Shown here in pieces: positions 58,301 through 64,000 of a DNA stretch of 64,000 bases. The notes under the pieces were generated by a model. That model ran no database searches and was not told the DNA's origin. It saw only the letters and a program-made list of their open reading frames with translations. Position numbers and translations under genes: made by a program. Each line of letters begins with the position of its first letter. The first letter of the stretch is position 1. The stretch covers positions 20,393 through 84,392 of the forward strand of contig NIVC01001232.1 of the NCBI GenBank assembly GCA_002269645.1. Reading direction: 5' to 3'. This DNA comes from Macrostomum lignano (Eukaryota).

Positions 58301-58385
58301 ACATCTCAATCTCACCTCTCCCTCTCGCATCTCAATCTATTCTCACTTCTCCCTCTCGCCTCTCCCTTTCGTATCTCAATCTCAC

Positions 58386-58462
<77 letters not shown>

Positions 58463-61400
58463 CTCTCCCTCTCCCTCTCGCATCTCAATCTCACTTCTTC
58501 TTCTCGTCTCCCTCTCACTTCTTCCTCTCGTCTCTCCCTCTTGCCTCTCCCTCTCACCTCTCACTCTCATCTCCCTCTCACTTCTCTCTCCTCTCTCCCG
58601 CCTCTCCATCTCACCTTTTCATCTCACCTCTTACCTCCATCTCACCTCACTCTTGAATCTCAACCTCACCTCTCCCTCTTAAATCTCCCTCTTTATTCTC
58701 CCTCTCAGCCCCGCCCTATCTTCCCCTTATCCCCCCGTCTCTCTCAATCTTGTTTGAGTAATTTTAGACATATTTTATAATTTTAGAAACACAAAAAGGC
58801 CCCACAAAATCCGGGAGCTTAGCTATTCGAATATACTATTTTTAGGAACAGAAAAAGGGCTTAGATACTGTCGAACAAGTAAACAATTAGTCAAGAAAAA
58901 AGCCCGATAGCTGCGGGACTATGGTGTGTAAAAGTAACAAGGGTGTTAATTAGAAAGCCTAGTATAGTAATTGGCAGCTGAGGATATTCAGCAGAATCTT
59001 TGTACGAACTTCACGAATAGTGTACGGCTTTGACTACGCAAATCGAAATATAGAAATCCAGAAGTGCATTTTGCAGGTACGAGTAAACATGTTACCGTTT
59101 TTTATACACAAAAAGTATAATCATGCAAAAATGATTGGAGCACTACCTACCCGGATTAGTAAAGCAGATTTATAACAATATCGTATCCTCACCGCACCGT
59201 AGGAACAACACGAAGTCTCGGCCAAGACCATCCAATACGTCCGATTGGCTGTCCGCTATCCTCCAATCAGCGAGCGCGATCTCATGTCCTACGGCAGCGA
59301 GGCCTGGCACATGTGCCGCGGCTACCAGACCTACCTAGTCCAGCCAATCATCTTCCGCTACACCTTCAAGTCAAAGTCTGTTGACGCTGGCAAGGAGGAC
59401 TCTTCTTCGACTGATGAGGAGCAGAAGGAATGCCCTATGCTGGACTGCGTGAACCCCTGTCCTGGAAATCAGTACCTGCACGATGAGAACGGCTGTCGCA
59501 CCTGCAACTGCGGCACCGGTAAGCTGCTCTCATAAATCTGTCACTGACTCATAGATCTGTCACTGACTCTCGTTGATCTGTCACACTCTCATAGATCTGT
59601 CACAGACTCTCTTTGATCTGTCACTGACTGTATTTGATATGTCACTGACTCTCTTTGATCTGTCACTGACTCTCTTTGATATGTCACTGGCTCTCATGGA
59701 TATGTCACTGACTGTCGTTGATATGTCACTGGCTCTCTTTGATATGTCACTGGCTCTCATGGATATGTCACTGACTGTATTTGATATGTCACTGACTCTC
59801 TTTGATCTGTCACTGACTCTCTTTGATATGTCACTGGCTCTCATGGATATGTCACTGACTGTCGTTGATATGTCACTGGCTCTCTTTGATATGTCACTGG
59901 CTCTCATGGATATGTCACTGACTGTCGTTGATATGTCACTGGCTCTCTTTGATATGTCACTGGCTCTCATGGATATGTCACTGACTGTCGTTGATATGTC
60001 ACTGGCTCTCTTTGATATGTCACTGACTATCTTTGATATGTCACTGACTCTCGTTGATATGTCACTGGCTCTCTTTAATATGTCACTGACTCTCATTGAT
60101 ATGTCACTGACTCTCATAGATCTGTCACTGACTGTATTTGATATGTCACTGACTCTCTTTGATCTGTCACTGACTTTCTTTGATATGTCACTGACTCTTA
60201 TAGATCTGTCACCGACTCTCATCGATATGTCACCAGCTCATTGATTTCCGAGAAGCAGTTTTTCAACTAACAATCTGTGCTTAACCTGCCACGGAGGAAT
60301 AACTTAATTAGATGGCTCTCACATATAGTGCACTCAAAAGCATAAGGTTAATTATGCTGCAAATCTTCTGTTAGCAAAGCATCGCCTATTGTTTCCATGG
60401 TCTCCCCTCGCGCTACTCGAATGCTCTCTGTTAGCTAATTACTGGAGTGCTTAATGTTACTAGTCTATCGATTCTAATGTATATAAAATTCTGAGCTACA
60501 CTGAGCTAAAAATAATTCAGATGTGTTACTGAATTGGAGCTCTGCATTGCATTGTCTGCACCCAGACTGCACTCCCGCTGCGGGACCGGCAGCTTATTAA
60601 ATTTTACTGCCGTACTCAGCTCGCTGACTAGCAACTGCTGCACCAAGAGTAATCGAAAATGTTTAAAATAGTCCCAACAAGTTTACTGCAGGACCCCTAG
60701 TTAGGCTATACTCCCAGATCCTCAGTTACTGGGCCAGCCTCCCAGATCCAGTTTCTGGGCCAGCCTCCCAGATCCTCAGTTGCTGGGTAGGCCTCCCAGA
60801 TCCTCAGTTGCTGTGTCAGCCTACCAGATCCTCAGTTGCTGGGTAGGCCTCCAAGATCCTCAGTTGCTGGGTAAGCCTCCCAGATCCTCAGTTGCTGGGC
60901 CAGCCTCCCAGAGTGTCAGTTGCTGGGCCAGCCTCCCAGATCCTCAGTTGCTGTGCCATCCTTCCAGATCCTCAGTTGCTGTGCCAGCCTCCCAGATCCT
61001 CAGTTGCTGTGCCAGCCTTCCAGATCCTCAGCTGCTAGGCTAGCCTCCCAGATCCTCAGTTGCTGGGCCAGCCTCCCAGATCCTCAGTTGCTGGCCAGCC
61101 TCCCAGATCCAGTTTCTGGGCCAGCCTCCCAGATCCTCAGTTGCTGTGCCAGCCTCCCAGATCCTCAGTTGCTGTGCCAGCCTTCCAGATCCTCAGTTGC
61201 TAGGCCAGCCTCCCAGATCCTCAGTTGCTGGGCCAGCCTCCCAGATCCTCAGTTGCTGGGCCAGCCTCCCAGATCCTCAGTTGCTGTGCCAGCCTCCCAG
61301 ATCCTCAGTTGCTGTGCCAGCCTTCCAGATCCTCAGTTGCTAGGCCAGCCTCCCAGATCCTCAGTTGCTGGGCCAGCCTCATAGAGTGTCAGTTGCTGGG

Positions 61401-61908
61401 CCAGCCTCCCAGATCCTCAGTTGCTGGCCAACCTCCCAGATCCTCAGTTGCTGGGCCAGCCTCATAGAGTGTCAGTTGCTAGGCCAGCCTCCCAGATCCT
61501 CAGTTGCTGGGTAAGCCTCCCAGATCCTCAGTTGCTAGGCCAGCCTCCCAGATCCTCAGTTGCTAGGCCAGCCTCCCAGATCCTCAGTTGCTAGGCCAGC
61601 CTCCCAGAGTGTCAGTTGCTGGGCCAGCCTCCCAGATCCTCAGTTGCTAGGCCAGCCTCCCAGAGTGTCAGTTGCTAGGCCAGCCTCCCAGATCCTCAGT
61701 TGCTCTCGCTAGAAAATAATGCCTTTCTCTCCCTCTCCTCGCAGCCTCCAATGATGCCGAGCCTGGAAACCGTGACAAACGCGCCGTCCCCGAGGTGCCG
61801 CAGCCTCGGCAGCAGAAGCCGCGCCGCCGGCAGCTGCAGATCGACGAAGGCGTCCTGCCAGGCGAGGACGGTCGCAGCGTTCACATTGTCGACGTGATCG
61901 AGTTTTGA
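49387..61908 (+). CDS. ITM2/Bri-like type II membrane BRICHOS protein with antistasin-like module, ~351 aa; exons 49387-49524, 57659-58096, 59203-59518, 61745-61908
   Basis: Basic RRRR then a single TM. BRICHOS-like VLHNQLRGFTLLRAPSAQLCFVKR and WHMCRGYQTYLV (cf. ITM2B LCHDKETYKL). CPMLDCVNPCP..DENGCRTCNC, then RDKR. GT-AG junctions in phases 0,0,1 keep an open frame. Exon 1 is less certain. Confidence 0.78.
50031..50491. mobile_element. MITE with TIR CCCATAGTC(T/C)(G/A)GA
   Basis: CCCATAGTCTGGA at 50031 and TCTGGACTATGGG ending at 50491, flanked by the direct repeat TGATAA. A related end is seen at ~1597-1609. Confidence 0.6.
52463..53410 (+). mobile_element. Decayed mariner (Tc1/mariner DDD) transposon, internally deleted, 3' TIR not seen
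   Basis: 5' TIR-like TACAAGGTGTATTCAAAAAGTTC; HTH LMKFPFLQGKKPPDMFRELQQVLG; DPETKAQS, FFDSQGIL, LLHDNAPAH, PYSLDLSPCDFFLFP. Confidence 0.9.
53030..53200. mobile_element. 171-bp palindromic mini-element nested in the mariner
   Basis: Hairpin 53039-53194 centred on GTCACGTGAC. 9-bp direct repeat GCCCAGCAA at 53021-53029 and 53201-53209. Confidence 0.8.
54066..57587. repeat. 24-bp minisatellite (GATGTCACTCCCTGTGGAATATAT), ~147 copies, 3.5 kb
   Basis: Direct periodicity; homogeneous centre with variant units at both edges. Confidence 0.98.
58180..58750. repeat. Pyrimidine-rich degenerate repeat containing (TC)~36 at 58389-58460
   Basis: Visible low-complexity CT tract in BRICHOS intron 2. Confidence 0.95.
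59528..60240. repeat. 21-bp minisatellite (GATATGTCACTGACTCTCTTT), ~34 copies
   Basis: Starts about 10 nt after the exon-3 donor; direct periodicity. Confidence 0.95.
60708..61705. repeat. 28-bp minisatellite (GCCAGCCTCCCAGATCCTCAGTTGCTGG), ~35 copies
   Basis: Ends about 40 nt before the exon-4 acceptor; direct periodicity. Confidence 0.95.
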
Positions 61909-63204
61909 ATCGTCTGTTGAGACAGAAGAGAAAACTATTTTCTTAAGTTGTCGCTTTAACTAATAATGACTGAAAGTAAACACTATGCTGTAATCATGTG
62001 TATTCTAATAATAATTGATTAATATTCGTTCGTTTGCGTCATCATTCGGCTAATTTTTAGTTTATTAATGCTGCAAATAAAAAATATCTGTTGTATTTTT
62101 TGTTGTCTGCATGCATTATCATTTATTCAGGCTTATAAATCCTAATAGTTCTGGACAGAGCGTTGCCCTGTTCTGCAAACACTTAGCCCACGGATTTCGT
62201 TAATACAATGTTTTCTTTAATAGAAAGACTCGCAACGAACCCAAAAAGGGAACGTTTTTCTTCTTCAAGCCAAGTTTAGTTGCTATTTTTAGAAACAAAA
62301 ATGCTTCAACGCCGGCGGCCGTGTCAGGCCCGCCCCCCCCCGCCGTCCCCCTCTCCCTCTCCCTCTCCCGACCGCCGCCTATTCAATAGGCCATGCACGT
62401 ACTGGGGTGGCTGCTGCACTGCCCAATGCTCAGCTCAACCTTATCGCCCTGCCTGCCTGCCTGCCTGCCTGCCCCTCTCTTGCCTCCACAAGCCAGGAGT
62501 AAGCCGTCGAACGCCGGGTAGGAGGGAGGAGGGATCCTATTTTATTTAGCCTCAGACCGGTGCGCACCGCAGAATAGTCAGTCTCTCCCTCTCTCTATAT
62601 AATTTACTTCTCTTGTTCTGGTCTGTCTGATAGGCCAAACTGTGTTCTATAAAGTTTCTGCATCCCAAGGCAATTCTATCTCCCCCCTCTCTAGTAGCAG
62701 ATTCTTGCGCTGGAAAATTATTCAATCGGATCTGTCTGATGCTGGTCAATAGGCATTCTCAGCTGCGCAGCTCTACTAGCTAATAATATTAATATTATAA
62801 TTATAATTACATTAATAATATTAGCGGCATCGACATTGTACAACACCTGACGGATCAGGATCAGGTGAGTTTTCTGATTCTAAATGGCTGTCTATCTAGC
62901 TTAACAGATCTTCACAATTATATAGATTAATGTATTATTACGCTACGCAATCTACTCATGTAATAAATAGTTTGTCGTTCATAAACCTGTTTAACCTACT
63001 TTTGCCGTTTTGTGTGTGTTTCTGTTTTTGTTGCTTTTTCACTTTTTATCCAGCTTTAAAAATCGCTACGGCACTCTAATTAAAGTTAATTCAATATACG
63101 CGCCTATGAGTGCAATATTCTTATATGTTATCGTTTGTTTCTAAATTTTCATTATCATATCTTGCTGTGTCGGCTTACTTACGCATCTAATTTATTTACT
63201 ACCT

Positions 63205-63820
63205 GCAGTAACTCTCAGTGCCTCACAGTCACTCTCAGTGCCTCACAGTCTCTCAGTGCCTCACTCAGTCACTCTCTTAGTGCCTCACTCAGTCTATCAG
63301 TGCCTCACTCAGTCACTCTCTTAGTGCCTCACTCAGTCTATCAGTGCCTCACTCAGTCACTCTCTTAGTGCCTCACTCAGTCTATCAGCGCCTCACTCAG
63401 TCACTCTCAGTGCCTCACTCAGTCTATCAGCGCCTCACTCAGTCACTCTCAGTGCCTCACAGTCTCTCAGTGCCTCACTCAGTAACTCTCTCAGTGCCTC
63501 AGTCTCTATCAGTGCCTCACTCAGACACTCTCCCAGCGCCCCACTCAGTCACTCTCCCATTGCCTCACTAAGTCACTCTCCCATTGCCTCACAAGTCACT
63601 CTCCCATTGCCTCAGTCACTCATGGTGCCTCACTCAGTCACTCTCCGATTGCCTCACTTAGTCTCTCTCAGTGCCTCACTCAGTCACTCTCCGATTGCCT
63701 CACTTAGTCTCTCTCAGTGCCTCACTCAGTCACTCTCCGATTGCCTCACTTAGTCACTCATAGTGCCTCACTCAGTCACTCTCCGATTGCCTCACTTAGT
63801 CTCTCTCAGTGCCTCACTCT
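63205..63820. repeat. Degenerate ~22-bp minisatellite (AGTGCCTCACTCAGTCACTCTC)
   Basis: Direct periodicity; lies between a donor-like CAG|GTGAGT (~62865) and an acceptor-like CTGCACAG (~63825). Confidence 0.85.
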
Positions 63821-64000
63821 GCACAGCGCCCATGAATCAGTTGCTGCTGAATAGCTGAACAGGTTCTGTAGTGAAACAGTACATTAAGCTCATTTTAATG
63901 GTTTTGATTGAAATCCAAATCGAAACCAAGAAACGCAATTTCCGGAAGTGAGTGCGAGTGCGTCGTAAAATGTTTACGAGCTTATACTCGTAAAAGTTGC

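Noticed and set aside
58097-58780. Leu/Ser-rich continuation of ORF 57677-58780
   Set aside because: Read-through into a CT-rich intron after the AAG|GTGGGG donor; BRICHOS homology resumes at 59203.
59573-61467. Repeat ORFs (DMSLTLF)n and (PASQILSC..)n
   Set aside because: Translations of the 21-bp and 28-bp intronic minisatellites.
33604-61908. Idea that TRP-like, MCT, AGMO, GRL and BRICHOS genes form a functional sensory/secretory cluster
   Set aside because: Only proximity supports it; gene neighbourhood in animal genomes is weak evidence without co-expression or conserved synteny.
62700-64000. Possible start of another gene (donor at ~62865, acceptor at ~63825, CCGGAAGT ETS-like motif at ~63942)
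   Set aside because: The ATGs that follow hit stops within a few codons and the window ends, so no CDS can be supported.

Overview
AT-rich, repeat-dense animal genomic DNA with GC-rich exons and GT/GC-AG introns. It resembles a free-living flatworm such as Macrostomum, but that is inference only. Seven host genes can be built from the sequence: DLST (4 exons), a divergent WD40-like gene (4 exons), an intronless TRPV-like channel (minus strand), an MCT/SLC16 transporter (3 exons, with an Asp/Asn-Ala repeat tail and a downstream pseudogenic paralog), intronless AGMO, a gustatory-receptor-like (GRL) 7TM gene (4 exons), and an ITM2/BRICHOS-type type II membrane precursor (4 exons). Mobile DNA includes a decayed APE-type LINE fused to a decayed Mag-like Ty3/Gypsy element, a young BEL/Pao LTR element with an integrase-inactivating deletion, a non-autonomous Merlin, a mariner relic, several MITE/foldback elements and SINE-like copies. 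About a dozen distinct mini- or microsatellites are present, mostly next to exons. Most notable are the BRICHOS precursor carrying an antistasin-like module and a predicted furin-released, Cys-free beta-hairpin peptide; the GRL with the family TM7 motif and three C-terminal phase-0 introns; the TRPV-like channel; a telomere-repeat patch replacing a splice acceptor; and a 93-bp exon fragment captured inside an intronic minisatellite. All gene models and family assignments are by manual reading, with no database search.
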